Shown: positions 36,373 to 46,566 of the stretch, one piece after another
How the letters are laid out: each line of letters starts with the position of its first letter
Position numbering within the stretch: the first letter of the stretch is position 1
Source of the DNA: Candidatus Iainarchaeum sp.
Lineage (GTDB): Archaea > Iainarchaeota > Iainarchaeia > Iainarchaeales > VGJJ01
Direction: 5' to 3'
NCBI GenBank assembly: GCA_043803765.1
Contig: JAZDJQ010000012.1
Coordinates: 109,194 to 173,193, forward strand
DNA length: 64,000 bases
Notes under the pieces: generated by a model
Database searches by the model: none
The model's input: only the letters and a program-made list of their open reading frames with translations
Told to the model about the DNA's origin: nothing
Program-made: the position numbers and the translations under genes

Positions 36373-37308
36373 ATGCGTGCGTTTCCTTTCCTTCTTTTTT
36401 TTCTTCTTCTTTCTTCGATTACATGGGCACAGGCAGTTCCTCCTTCTCCAATTGGATATGTACTTGATACGGCAGGTGTTCTAACTTCTGCACAAATAGG
36501 AGACATCGAATCACGATTAAATGCATTGGAACAATCCGCTACGGTAGAGATTGCCGTCTACATTTTTCCTTCTCTTGAGGGAGGAGACATGTTTGAGTAT
36601 ACGCAGCGTGTTTTCGATACATGGAAAATTGGTCAGAGTGGAAAAAACAACGGCCTCCTCATTACGATAGCAACGCAGGATAGAGCGTGGCGCATTCATA
36701 CAGGGTATGGGGTTGAAGGAGCCGTTCCAGATGCATTGGCATACAAAATAGGGCAAAAGAAAATGGTCCCCTTTCTTGCAGAAGGAAAATACTACGATGG
36801 CATAATGGCAGCATTGGATGATATCGAAGGAATCGTGAAAGAAAACCCTGAAGTGGTAGCGGAATACACGGATGCGCCTGTTGAATTCGAGTTGTTCGAT
36901 TTGGGTTTCCGTATGGCCATACTCGCAGTTCTCCTGCTGGTAGGTATTGTATGGAAAATAAGGAAGCAGATACCAAGTAAGAATTGGGTCACAGTAGGAA
37001 CCCCCAATTTCATTTTGCTCCTCCTCATAGGCTTCGTCATTTCCTTTTTTCTCACAGCTTGGGGATTTTTCCTTTTCAATGGATTATACCCATTCACATT
37101 CCTATCTGGAATTTACGCATACTGGTTGCTCTTCTCTTCATTCCCATGGAAGATGATTAGTGGTAAAAATACGGGAATGGGCAGTGGAATGTTCATTGGT
37201 GGAATGGGTGGTCGGCGTGGAAGCGGAGGATTTGGTGGAGGAAGTTTTGGCGGGGGAGGATTTGGCGGCGGAATGAGTGGCGGCGGTGGCGCGGGTGGAC
37301 GTTTTTAG
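36373..37308 (+). CDS. TPM-domain (YgcG-like) membrane protein
   Basis: WKIGQSGKNNG, TGYGVEG, Gly-rich tail GGGMSGGGGAGGRF. Confidence 0.93.
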   Translation: MRAFPFLLFFLLLSSITWAQAVPPSPIGYVLDTAGVLTSAQIGDIESRLNALEQSATVEIAVYIFPSLEGGDMFEYTQRVFDTWKIGQSGKNNGLLITIATQDRAWRIHTGYGVEGAVPDALAYKIGQKKMVPFLAEGKYYDGIMAALDDIEGIVKENPEVVAEYTDAPVEFELFDLGFRMAILAVLLLVGIVWKIRKQIPSKNWVTVGTPNFILLLLIGFVISFFLTAWGFFLFNGLYPFTFLSGIYAYWLLFSSFPWKMISGKNTGMGSGMFIGGMGGRRGSGGFGGGSFGGGGFGGGMSGGGGAGGRF

Positions 37309-37485
37309 ATTTTAGAGTAAAAACTTTTTTTTTTATTCGCTCAAATTCCCAATATGAAAAGCAGATAGGGTTTCACGTGCACAAAATAAATGCAGTACTC
37401 CTTCTCCCATGAGTCAGAGATAATTCTTTGCTATACTCGTTTTGGAAACCGATGAAAAAAGAAAGTAATTTCCACCTAAAAAATA

Positions 37486-37557
37486 AGCCCTCGGTGGGAT
37501 TCGAACCCACGGCCTGCGGTTTACAAAACCGCTGCTCTACCACTGAGCCACGAGGGC
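37486..37557 (-). tRNA. tRNA-Thr(TGT)
   Basis: GCCCTCG/CGAGGGC acceptor, GCGGT-TT TGT AA-ACCGC arm. Confidence 0.95.
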
Positions 37558-37571
37558 GGTATTTATTTTTT

Positions 37572-37650
37572 CAACGACCTTTCTGTAAAAGGTCGAGGTG
37601 GCTACATTGCGGGGTTTCCTTTCGTCAACCCGGCGGTAGGCCTACTCATG
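37572..37650 (-). ncRNA. candidate structured RNA upstream of tRNA-Thr
   Basis: GC-rich; long imperfect hairpin plus perfect 8-bp hairpin; TTTAATA about 25 nt upstream. Confidence 0.3.
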
Positions 37651-37707
37651 ACAAGATTGAGAAATCAATATTAAAGCAAGTGGTTGTGTTGTTCAAAAAA
37701 TAGGGAA

Positions 37708-37730
37708 AAGCGGTCTCCGGAAGACCGCTT
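37708..37730 (-). terminator. hairpin terminator
   Basis: AAGCGGTCT/AGACCGCTT 9-bp stem followed by T-runs on the minus strand. Confidence 0.6.
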
Positions 37731-37742
37731 AGGTTCAGTTAC

Positions 37743-37925
37743 TTATTTTCGGCGGATTTTACGCTTGGTTGAGCGTCTTTTCACCGAACGCACTTTTCGC
37801 GCGACTTTTCGAACAGCTTTCACTGTTTTTGTAGTGCGCGTAGCGCGGATGGTTTTACGGCTTGTCTTTCGACGAGTCGTTTTACGAGTGCTTTTATGCA
37901 CGCGTACTTTTGTTTTTGTTTTCAC
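37743..37925 (-). CDS. histone H1/protamine-like basic protein (60 aa)
   Basis: almost only K/R/T/V; GGAGGT SD; own terminator. Confidence 0.7.
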   Translation of the reverse strand: MKTKTKVRVHKSTRKTTRRKTSRKTIRATRTTKTVKAVRKVARKVRSVKRRSTKRKIRRK

Positions 37926-38064
37926 GTTGTTTTACCTCCAACGTATGTTATGTATATACATTATGTTGACATTTCGTATTTAAACGTTACGAATCCCTAA
38001 ATGTTCGCAAAATAACGTATTTTAGCACAAAATAAAAGAAAAAAACAGGTAATGGAAAAATAAT

Positions 38065-38736
38065 ATGCCACTCGCATCTGCTGAAAAAATTACGGCATGT
38101 CAAAAGTGTGGAGAGTGTTGTAGGCGCTATGCCATTTCTGTTCTTCCCAATGAAGTGCGTAAGCAAGCAAAGGCATTGAACATTTCGAAAGAACAATTCC
38201 TGCGCATTTACACCCAGCTTTTGTTGCAAATCACATCGGCTCACTCGGGAGAGCATCCGTTATCCATTCATACCAGTATGCTTCCTAAAGATTTTGTAGA
38301 AATATTACAAAAAAGAGGCATTGATACAGAATATGTAATGCTGCTTCCCATGATTGGATTCAAGAAAAAAGAATACTGCGTTTTTTTTGACCATGATTCT
38401 TTTGGTTGTGCGATTCATCCGGTGAAACCATTGCAGTGTTCTCTCTTTCCTTTTGTCGGGATTAATGTGGATGATTATGCTAAAGAGTATACTTTCTGCG
38501 AGATGGCGCGCATCACCAGTCCAACTAAATATACGTATGCCCAAGTTGGATTGCATGGAAAGAATATGAAAGAGTATTTTGATACAGTTGCGAGTGAAGG
38601 AATGGAAAAAGTATGGCCTTTTATTCCAGCAAAAGGAGTATTATTAGTGAAGGGAAATCCCATTGGGACTATTTATTGGGCTGCTCTCAAAGAATGGTTG
38701 GATGCGGCGCGCACCAAAAAAAAGAATGATGCCTAA
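38065..38736 (+). CDS. YkgJ family cysteine-cluster protein
   Basis: CQKCGECC...CVFF...CAIHPVKPLQCSLFPF. Confidence 0.9.
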   Translation: MPLASAEKITACQKCGECCRRYAISVLPNEVRKQAKALNISKEQFLRIYTQLLLQITSAHSGEHPLSIHTSMLPKDFVEILQKRGIDTEYVMLLPMIGFKKKEYCVFFDHDSFGCAIHPVKPLQCSLFPFVGINVDDYAKEYTFCEMARITSPTKYTYAQVGLHGKNMKEYFDTVASEGMEKVWPFIPAKGVLLVKGNPIGTIYWAALKEWLDAARTKKKNDA

Positions 38737-38870
38737 ATGGCGCATCTGCTATCATGATCTTGCTCCCATCGTAGTGTGAAGAAGACTCGTATTTGGGTAT
38801 ATTTCAACCAAACCATTCCTAAAGGAATATAACTTCTTCATCTTGATTATTCTGGAGGGAGGATAATACT

Positions 38871-39488
38871 ATGAAAAAAAATTTGGTTCTAATAAAAGTC
38901 TTTATGCTCGCGCTGGTAGTCATGGGAGTGGCTCCTTCGGCGGCTGCGGCGCCCGAGGCGATTTTCGGATGGAATGCACACGTTGATGACATCGTGTTTG
39001 CGGCGGCACCCGGCGGAGCCCCTTCGACGGTCGGCTTCGAAATAGGATACAATAAGGGGAACACAATCGATAAGTTCACCATCACCGAAACAGGGGAGTA
39101 CACCCATAGTATCACCGAGGGTGATGGGGATACCCTCAAAGTGGTGATAAAGGAAACGAATGATAAACTGAAGAATGCGAATGGCATTCTTATCAAGAAA
39201 AACGAGTTCACGGTTCGCCGTCTAATTTACAACGGTGAAAGAGTTGATATCGACAAGAAAATCCTCAAAGTGAGGATACGGATGGGCATAGATGGTAAAA
39301 AAGATGAAATCGTCCAAAGACTTGTCAGGAAAGCGAATGGAAGGGAATTAGTGAGAATGGAATATAATGTCAAAAAAGACCAGACTAAGGTCTTTGAAGA
39401 CGATGAACTGGTTGCCACAATCAATCATTATTATCCATTGTATGTAACCACCAGTAATGGGAAAATAAAATGGGCCGGAATCATCTAA
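38871..39488 (+). CDS. secreted hypothetical protein
   Basis: Sec signal ending AAA; GGAGG SD. Confidence 0.7.
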   Translation: MKKNLVLIKVFMLALVVMGVAPSAAAAPEAIFGWNAHVDDIVFAAAPGGAPSTVGFEIGYNKGNTIDKFTITETGEYTHSITEGDGDTLKVVIKETNDKLKNANGILIKKNEFTVRRLIYNGERVDIDKKILKVRIRMGIDGKKDEIVQRLVRKANGRELVRMEYNVKKDQTKVFEDDELVATINHYYPLYVTTSNGKIKWAGII

Positions 39489-39644
39489 CGGCCTTATTCT
39501 TCCTTTCCTGGAATGGTTTCCATTGGAAGTAGTAATCGATTCAGACGGTCTTATGAATTTTTCTTTTTCCGGATGACGAATCGATTCGTTTTTTCATTTT
39601 TTTTATCTACCTATTCAAACAGGCAGAATTCTAAGCGAGCGAAT

Positions 39645-40070
39645 CTAATACTGGACGCTGCCGAGTCCTTGGTCCGTTCCAGGAGATATCGGCTGGTTAA
39701 ACTTTAGCGTGAGTTGGAATCCATTTTTGGCAATGGCTTTAACAAGCGTCCCGTCCCACATCTGCATTCCTAACAAAAATCCAACGTGCAAGTCACCATA
39801 AATTCCTTCCTTGAGATTCATGAACCGTCCTGAGCAGGAAACGATGCGCCCATTCTTTAGTTCGGTTGAATTAAATCGGTTTCTTGTGAAGTAATTAATC
39901 GTGGCTTCCTTTAATTGTCCATCCGCTCTCACGGCCGAGGCTTCGCGTAATCCATGTTGTCGCATGGCATCTTTCAAACCTGATAATACGTTATCTCCTT
40001 CATCAAAAACAAGTGTTAACTCTCTTTCGACACTTTTTCCCGTAAAAACCGTTGTGTCAACCTGACTCAT
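39645..40070 (-). CDS. PPC/DUF296 domain protein
   Basis: LVFDEGDNVL...IVSCSG...LHV...DGTL. Confidence 0.75.
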   Translation of the reverse strand: MSQVDTTVFTGKSVERELTLVFDEGDNVLSGLKDAMRQHGLREASAVRADGQLKEATINYFTRNRFNSTELKNGRIVSCSGRFMNLKEGIYGDLHVGFLLGMQMWDGTLVKAIAKNGFQLTLKFNQPISPGTDQGLGSVQY

Positions 40071-40189
40071 GATGGTATTCCCCCTGCGCCAAACTCATTA
40101 GTTTACCCATACACGCTTGAACTTTATAGACTCTCCGCGCATAATGTAGAAACAATTGTTTTTAGAGGAGAAACTCCCTTCCTGCTAGT

Positions 40190-40741
40190 ATGTCCATTAT
40201 TGCCCTTCACGAAAAGTGCTCCACGTGTCAATTATGTCCGCTTGGAAAAACGCGTAGTCATGCCGTTCCGGGAGAGGGCCCCTCTACTCCTTCTGTTATG
40301 CTTATTGGTGAAGCACCCGGTCGTAATGAGGATGAGCAGGGAAGACCATTTTGCGGTGCTGCTGGAAAAAAATTGGATATGTTGCTTGAAAACGCGGGTC
40401 TTCAACGGAGCAATGTGTTTATTACTTCGGTTGTAAAATGTCGTCCTCCCAATAATCGTGTTCCAACAGAAAACGAGGCGTTTACATGCAAATCAACTTT
40501 TTTACTTCCCCAAATCCAATTACTTAAGCCAGTGGTTATTGGTCTTATGGGTAGAACCGCTATTCAACATGTGTTAGGTGAGGATGTTTCCCTCACGCAG
40601 ATGCATGGAAAAATAATAACCCACAACGGGCAACAGTATGTAATATTATACCACCCTGCCGCGATGATTTATAATGCATCGTTACAGTCCGTACTAGAGA
40701 AGGACTTCAAGGAACTTGGGGTGTTCTTGCGCACGATGTAA
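40190..40741 (+). CDS. family 4 uracil-DNA glycosylase
   Basis: CxxC, GEAPG, PFCGAAG, KCRPPNNR, YHPAA. Confidence 0.93.
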   Translation: MSIIALHEKCSTCQLCPLGKTRSHAVPGEGPSTPSVMLIGEAPGRNEDEQGRPFCGAAGKKLDMLLENAGLQRSNVFITSVVKCRPPNNRVPTENEAFTCKSTFLLPQIQLLKPVVIGLMGRTAIQHVLGEDVSLTQMHGKIITHNGQQYVILYHPAAMIYNASLQSVLEKDFKELGVFLRTM

Positions 40742-40851
40742 AAAAAATAAAGCAAATAAAATATTGTATAAAATAACAAGGAACGTGCCCTTTTTTCTCT
40801 TCTTTTCCTAACGAATAATGGGAACGTTTTTAGGCAGAGGAAATACTCCTT

Positions 40852-41489
40852 ATGCCTATGACTTCAAGACGACGAATCTTCAATCAGGGTGTAGGAAGGT
40901 GGTTGCGTCTCTTGCAAGCGCGGCCGAAAAGCCGAATTCCTGAAAAGGGCCGGTATTCCCTCCAATACCCTTTCATGCTCATCCAGTAAGTCCGGCAGAA
41001 AAGGTTTACGCGGCGCAGGTGCATCAAAACACGCTGGCATTTTTGCGCAAGGAAAAAGAAAGAAATCCATATAACTTAAACGAACTCCGTTGGGATGTTT
41101 CATCGGCGGATCGAACGAATTTTAATTTACAGAAAGGAAACGTAATTAAATTCATGGCAAGGGAAATAGCCAAAAGGAGGTTTCATTCTATTCTACAAAG
41201 AAATCTGATAAAAACAATTGAGTATGCAATCAGTATCGGCGCTTTCAGTGGGAATGTTGATACGATGTGGAAGACAATCGAACAAAATAGGGAAAGAATT
41301 CAACAAAACACGATTAGTATTCCGACGGAACAATGGCAGGCAATACGCCGTCAGCTTGCATCTATTTTTCATCCACTTGAAGCAGATTCAAGGCTTCGTA
41401 AAGACCAGACTGCGTGGCACACGTATGTTTGGTCAGTCGTTCTCTTTGGTGGATTTATAGAAGTATTTGCATCCCAAGAAAAAAAGTGA
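40852..41489 (+). pseudogene. hypothetical protein with probable frameshift near 40943-40946
   Basis: ATG 40852 frame closes at 40989; the 41019 frame opens just after TGA 40941-40943; one extra A fuses them. Confidence 0.45.
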
Positions 41490-41608
41490 TAAGTGATTCG
41501 TCGAGTATTTTATTGTATTGAAACGCGGGCAGGAATCTTCCAAAAAAAATCTTCACTAGAAGAAAAAAAAATGGGGAGTTCATTCCCCCCATGAAAAATA
41601 AAAGATAA

Positions 41609-42031
41609 TTATACGCATTTCCCGAATGAACATACTTTATTCTGGTCACCACAATTGTAAGTGAACGCGTATACGTTCAAATCGGAGATGAACGGACCGG
41701 AAATATCCGCACCGCACGCAAACTCAACGAGGGTATTGGCATCCGCACAGTAGTCGAATTTGTTTGCCTTCGTCATGTTGGCATCCGTAAAGGTCACATT
41801 TAAATCTCCCATCAATAGTGGATTAAATCCATCATCGGAATCCACGCATAAGGAAGCATTGGTATCGCCTACCGCTACAATAACAGCAGAATACGACTGA
41901 TTATTGTCCGTCACGGTCGTAGGAATCCCTGGAACGACTCGATTAAAGCCGGCCAATACCATTGGAACCATCACCAGGGCTATTAGTGTAAGACTACCTA
42001 AAAGGTAGAAAAAATTATTTCTTTTCAACAT
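41609..42031 (-). CDS. secreted Cys-rich protein (paralogue of 29477-29905)
   Basis: CVDSDDGFNP...DYC...LVEFAC. Confidence 0.75.
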   Translation of the reverse strand: MLKRNNFFYLLGSLTLIALVMVPMVLAGFNRVVPGIPTTVTDNNQSYSAVIVAVGDTNASLCVDSDDGFNPLLMGDLNVTFTDANMTKANKFDYCADANTLVEFACGADISGPFISDLNVYAFTYNCGDQNKVCSFGKCV

Positions 42032-42117
42032 ATTTAATCATCACTCCTCACTCCCAAAAGGGTAGTACATTCATCTAATCCAAATTGATATAATAATGTT
42101 CCTATAAAAAAACAATC

Positions 42118-42807
42118 TTATGCACGTGACACAAGTTGAATAACGTTCAAATCGCTTCCGTTTTTAACAGAATATTTTCCTTTTGCTGCGTTCACGATTA
42201 TGTTTCCTACTTTGCTTGGTTTCATTCCCTTGTAGTGTGTCATTCGTGTAGCCGTATAATCCGGATTTACTGCATACCACCTAATTTGCGGATAATCAAT
42301 CGCCATTCCTTTTGTGAAACCCCGTACGCCGAATTTTGTAGCACAATACACGGACATTTTGGGATATGCATTCCTTCCCGCTTCGCTTGCAACATTCACA
42401 ATACATTCTTTTACAAATGGAAGAAATATTTTTGTTACACGTATGGGGCCAAGCAGATTTACGAAAACTTCTTCTTCTATGCTTTCCATGGGATGTTCCA
42501 ATAATGGTTTGTGCACAAATATTCCGGCATTATTCACTAACACGTCGATTTTTTTCCTTTTTTTCAACACATTTCGTTTTAATTGTTGAATGCTTCCTTC
42601 TTTTTTCACGTCTAATGAAAAAATATGCGCGCTTTTTGCTCCTTTTTTTAGGCATTCTTCTTTTGCTTGCCGTGCCTCCTCTTCATCTTGGTAATAAGTT
42701 AACAGCACGTGACATTTCTGTCGTGCAAACGCAAGAGCGGTAGCCCTTCCTATTCCTAACGAAGAACCGGTAATGAGAACGGTCTTTCCTTCGAGTGCAG
42801 ATGCCAT
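42118..42807 (-). CDS. short-chain dehydrogenase/reductase
   Basis: TGSSLGIG, NNAG, YCATK. Confidence 0.93.
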   Translation of the reverse strand: MASALEGKTVLITGSSLGIGRATALAFARQKCHVLLTYYQDEEEARQAKEECLKKGAKSAHIFSLDVKKEGSIQQLKRNVLKKRKKIDVLVNNAGIFVHKPLLEHPMESIEEEVFVNLLGPIRVTKIFLPFVKECIVNVASEAGRNAYPKMSVYCATKFGVRGFTKGMAIDYPQIRWYAVNPDYTATRMTHYKGMKPSKVGNIIVNAAKGKYSVKNGSDLNVIQLVSRA

Positions 42808-42885
42808 AAAAAAAGCAGTGTTCCCTCCTTTATTACTATTTCCCTGCCCCCTCCTTTTTCTACTTGAAACACGTTCAAAAGATGC

Positions 42886-43203
42886 ATGCACGAACAACGT
42901 ATTATCAACAAAGTCATCCAGCTAGGAAAACTAGCCGGTGCCAAACGAAAAGTTCGGATAGAAGTAGGCGAATTATGTGATATTTCCCCTGAACATCTAA
43001 AGGAACACCTCAAAGGGCAAATTGTTGAATGGGAAATAGAAACCATTTACAGAAAAGCCAAAGTAAAATGTTCGTGCGGTTATAGTGGAACGCCTCGCAT
43101 TATTGAACGCGGGCATGATTTTGTGTTGTTCAATTGTCCTTCTTGTGGGGAAAAACCTATTGTAGTAGAAGGTGGAGAAATTAAGATTGTTGGAGTGGAG
43201 TGA
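42886..43203 (+). CDS. hypA: hydrogenase nickel metallochaperone HypA
   Basis: MHE start, VGEL, CxC and CxxC, GGE. Confidence 0.9.
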   Translation: MHEQRIINKVIQLGKLAGAKRKVRIEVGELCDISPEHLKEHLKGQIVEWEIETIYRKAKVKCSCGYSGTPRIIERGHDFVLFNCPSCGEKPIVVEGGEIKIVGVE

Positions 43204-43210
43204 GCGTAAT

Positions 43211-43420
43211 ATGTGTCTTGCCGTTCCGGGAAAAATCATTTCGATTGAGAATAGCATTGCCACGGTAGACTATGGAAGTGAAAAACGCCGGGCTAAAATC
43301 GTGGTGGGCGATTACCATATTGGGGATTTTGTCCTCGTACAAGCCAAATTAGTTGTAGAAAAGATTCCTCGCGAGCAGGTGCAGGCGTGGTTGGATGTAG
43401 TGAGACAAAATGAAACCTGA
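43211..43420 (+). CDS. hypC: hydrogenase chaperone HypC
   Basis: MCLAVPG start, GDFVLV. Confidence 0.92.
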   Translation: MCLAVPGKIISIENSIATVDYGSEKRRAKIVVGDYHIGDFVLVQAKLVVEKIPREQVQAWLDVVRQNET

Positions 43421-43883
43421 AATTCTTTTTGTAAAGTATGCTTTCCCTTGTGCATTCATTCTTCGTGAGCGGAATGAAATAACAGAAGAAGAATTATCCA
43501 TGATTGAACAGGCGGCGTTGCACGAAAAAATACTCCCGCGTGATTTTCTTGAACGTGTTTTTTTTCGTGCGTTTAATAGAATCGATAGACTTGCAAACGA
43601 AATGAAGAAAAGAAGATGGGACTATGAAGTGATTCATTCCTATTTTGTTTCTCGTCATAATGAGATTATTTCGAATGGTAGCGAAGCGTATGAACATGCC
43701 CCTGACTCCTTGCGTGAACTATGTAAGGTATATTCTGCCAAAATTCAATCTATTCAGGATACCACTCTTGTGGTAAAATATGGGGATAAAATCCGTCCTG
43801 TGTGCGGAGAGATGATTCCTTTCCCAAAAATTGGGGAAAACGTCACGATTCATTACGGGTATGCAATTGAGCGGGTGAAATAA
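43410..43883 (+). CDS. hydrogenase-associated protein (DUF6390-like) with HypC-like tail
   Basis: FVKYAFPC N-terminus; GENVTIHYGYAIERV C-terminus. Confidence 0.6.
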   Translation: MKPEILFVKYAFPCAFILRERNEITEEELSMIEQAALHEKILPRDFLERVFFRAFNRIDRLANEMKKRRWDYEVIHSYFVSRHNEIISNGSEAYEHAPDSLRELCKVYSAKIQSIQDTTLVVKYGDKIRPVCGEMIPFPKIGENVTIHYGYAIERVK

Positions 43884-44763
43884 CAGGGAAGGAATGGGCA
43901 TGCGCCTGTAAGGCGAGCACTATTCCTATTCCCACTAATAAAATGCCAATCACCTGCGAAAGAGAAATAGTAGTTCCTCCGACAAGAGTAGACAAAAGCA
44001 GGGTGATAGGTGATCCTAATAACAAGATACTGGTGGCGACGGAAACCGGAACGAGTTTGAGTCCATTATAGTACGTGTACACGTACAGGAAAAGCATTCC
44101 GGATGTGAATGCGACCCACATCCATGCATCCGCCGTTAAAGAAAAAATACCGGATATTCCGCCAGTGTACAGCAAATACAACAAAATGAATCCCCCTCCT
44201 AATGTCATACGTGCTGCCCCAACGATGTTCCCCGAAAGAGTCTGCAATGCGTGTTTTGAAATTATGTTTTCCAATGCCCAAAATAATGTAGCTAGGAGAA
44301 TCAACCATTCTCCTTCCCCAAAAGTAAAAGAAGATATATTCAATAACAAAAAGTTTCCTGCTAATAATGCTGAAGCGGCTCCGACCATTTTCAAATTCAT
44401 CTTTTCACGCAGTAATACAACGGCAAGTATGGATGAAAAAAGAAAGAGTGTTTTTTGAATAAATGCACCGGATGCTGCTGTTGCAATAGCTAATCCCTGA
44501 AAAAAAAGAACAAAGGGAATCGCCCCTCCTACTAATCCAATCAATACTAATTGCCCCCATTTTCTTGGAGAAAGAGTCCGGACTTCTTTCCATTCTTTTA
44601 GAAAAAGTATCAAACCGATGAGTAATATCCCCACTATTGCATTCTTGAGAAATGTGAAAAGGGTCGGGTTGATAGTAGCGAGGGCAAATTTGTTTAGAAA
44701 CACAGCAAACCCGCTCAGTAATGCAGTAGTAAAAACGAGGAGAATTCCTTTTTGTTCCGACAT
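43843..44763 (-). CDS. DMT/EamA transporter
   Basis: 10 TM segments in two EamA repeats, LLREK. Confidence 0.9.
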   Translation of the reverse strand: MSEQKGILLVFTTALLSGFAVFLNKFALATINPTLFTFLKNAIVGILLIGLILFLKEWKEVRTLSPRKWGQLVLIGLVGGAIPFVLFFQGLAIATAASGAFIQKTLFLFSSILAVVLLREKMNLKMVGAASALLAGNFLLLNISSFTFGEGEWLILLATLFWALENIISKHALQTLSGNIVGAARMTLGGGFILLYLLYTGGISGIFSLTADAWMWVAFTSGMLFLYVYTYYNGLKLVPVSVATSILLLGSPITLLLSTLVGGTTISLSQVIGILLVGIGIVLALQAHAHSFPVISPAQLHTRNES

Positions 44764-44812
44764 ACCCTGAACAACAGAATAGTCATATATATGCGTTCAC
44801 ATTCCATTCCGC

Positions 44813-45292
44813 ATGCCCCATAAGCTTGCGATAGGGTGGTTTTCCTTTTCCTGCTGCGAGGATTCAACCATTGTTTTTACGGAGTTGCTAAACGACCATT
44901 TTGACGAATGGTCCAAGGTCGTGGACTTCCAGCATGTCCGCATTCTAAAGAAGAACAACAAAATCCACAACTTGGACGTGGCCTTCGTTGAAGGGGCCAT
45001 TGCCTCGGATGAGGATGCTCTTAAGCTTAAGGAAATTAGGAAAAACTGCAAGAAGCTTATTGCCATTGGTTCCTGTGCTATTAATGGAATGCCTTCTGCT
45101 CAACGGAATACGTTTGATGAGGGGAAATTGAAAGAGATTGAGTTTCTCATTGAAAAATTTCATCAAGCAAAAAAAGTGCGTACGATTGGGGAAATTGTTA
45201 AAGTGGATGACCATGTTCCCGGATGCCCGATGAGTGAGACCGCTTTTTTGGATGTGTTGAATAAAACGTTGAAGGAGTTCAAAATAGTATGA
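44813..45292 (+). CDS. [NiFe]-hydrogenase small subunit, short form
   Basis: SCCED, VEGAI, IGSCA, VPGCP; ends before the medial/distal cluster ligands. Confidence 0.88.
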   Translation: MPHKLAIGWFSFSCCEDSTIVFTELLNDHFDEWSKVVDFQHVRILKKNNKIHNLDVAFVEGAIASDEDALKLKEIRKNCKKLIAIGSCAINGMPSAQRNTFDEGKLKEIEFLIEKFHQAKKVRTIGEIVKVDDHVPGCPMSETAFLDVLNKTLKEFKIV

Positions 45293-46566
45293 AGGACGTT
45301 GATATTGGGATTCAGAATATTTCCAAGATTGAAGGACATGCCTCGCTTGATATTAAAGTGAGAAACCGAGAAGTGAAGCATGTCAAATTAATGTTTACGG
45401 AGAACAAGCGTTTTTTTACACAGGCGATTAAGGGAAGAAGTATTGATGTGTTGTCTCAGTCCGTTGCGCGTATTTGCGGTACGTGCAGTATTGCCCACAC
45501 CATGTGTTGCATTGAGGCAATTGAGAAAGCCATGAATATTGAAGTGAGCGAGCAGACTCAATTGCTGAAAAAACTCACCATGTATGGTTTGATGATTCGC
45601 GACCATGCACTGCATATCTATCTTTTTTCCCTTCCTGATGTTTTTAGTGTTGATTCCGTCCTTGATTTTACTCCTGAACATGCTCATTTTTTGCACGATT
45701 CTTTTGATATTAAGCGGGCGGGAAACAAATTGGATACGGTAGTTGCTGGTCGTGCCGTTCATGCTCCTTTTCCCCAAGTGGGGGGATTTGCTCAAGTTCC
45801 AACAAATCAGGCATTGAAAGCCATTATCCCTGATTTGAAGAAAGCGCGTGAAAAACTCTTTCCTGTTTTAGAGGAATATTATAATTGTCCGGTGGATTAT
45901 TCTCGTTCAACTGATTTTGTTTCCCTTGTTGCGCGTGATTTTGATTTTTTGGAAGGAGACATTCGAAGCAGTGATGGGGACGTGATTAAGGAAAAGGAGT
46001 ATTATTCTCACCTTCAGCGGAATGTTATTCCTTATTCCCAATCAGTAGGATACAAGTTTGGCGGGAACACGTATATGGTGGGGGCATTGGCTCGGTTGAA
46101 TTTGAACAAAAATGGGTTGCATAAAGATACGCGGAGGGATGCGAAAAAATTTCTAGGGTTGTTTCCCTCTCATAATATTTTTCATAACAATTTAGCCCAA
46201 GGGATTGAAATTCTTCATTCGATTGACCATGCATTGGAAATTATCGAGTCGCACGATTTCAAGCCGGAGGAAAGACATATCATCGATAAGAAAGCCTGTG
46301 ATGGAGTAGGCGTGATTGAGGCTCCTCGCGGAACGTTATACTATCATTTGGATATTGATGATGAAGGGATGATTAAGGAGGGAAATATTATTGTTCCCAC
46401 GCAGCAAAACCAAATCAACATGGAACAGGATATCAAGGCGCTCGTGGAAAAAATAATCGAAACGCATTCAAAAGAACAGATTAAGTATGAGATTGAGAAG
46501 CTCATTCGAGCGTATGACCCTTGTATTAGTTGTGCGACTCATTTTTTGGAAGTGAATTGGAAATAG
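45289..46566 (+). CDS. [NiFe]-hydrogenase large subunit (group 3b-like)
   Basis: KIEGH, RICGTCSIAH, EAPRG, DPCISCATH plus 7-aa extension. Confidence 0.93.
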   Translation: MKDVDIGIQNISKIEGHASLDIKVRNREVKHVKLMFTENKRFFTQAIKGRSIDVLSQSVARICGTCSIAHTMCCIEAIEKAMNIEVSEQTQLLKKLTMYGLMIRDHALHIYLFSLPDVFSVDSVLDFTPEHAHFLHDSFDIKRAGNKLDTVVAGRAVHAPFPQVGGFAQVPTNQALKAIIPDLKKAREKLFPVLEEYYNCPVDYSRSTDFVSLVARDFDFLEGDIRSSDGDVIKEKEYYSHLQRNVIPYSQSVGYKFGGNTYMVGALARLNLNKNGLHKDTRRDAKKFLGLFPSHNIFHNNLAQGIEILHSIDHALEIIESHDFKPEERHIIDKKACDGVGVIEAPRGTLYYHLDIDDEGMIKEGNIIVPTQQNQINMEQDIKALVEKIIETHSKEQIKYEIEKLIRAYDPCISCATHFLEVNWK

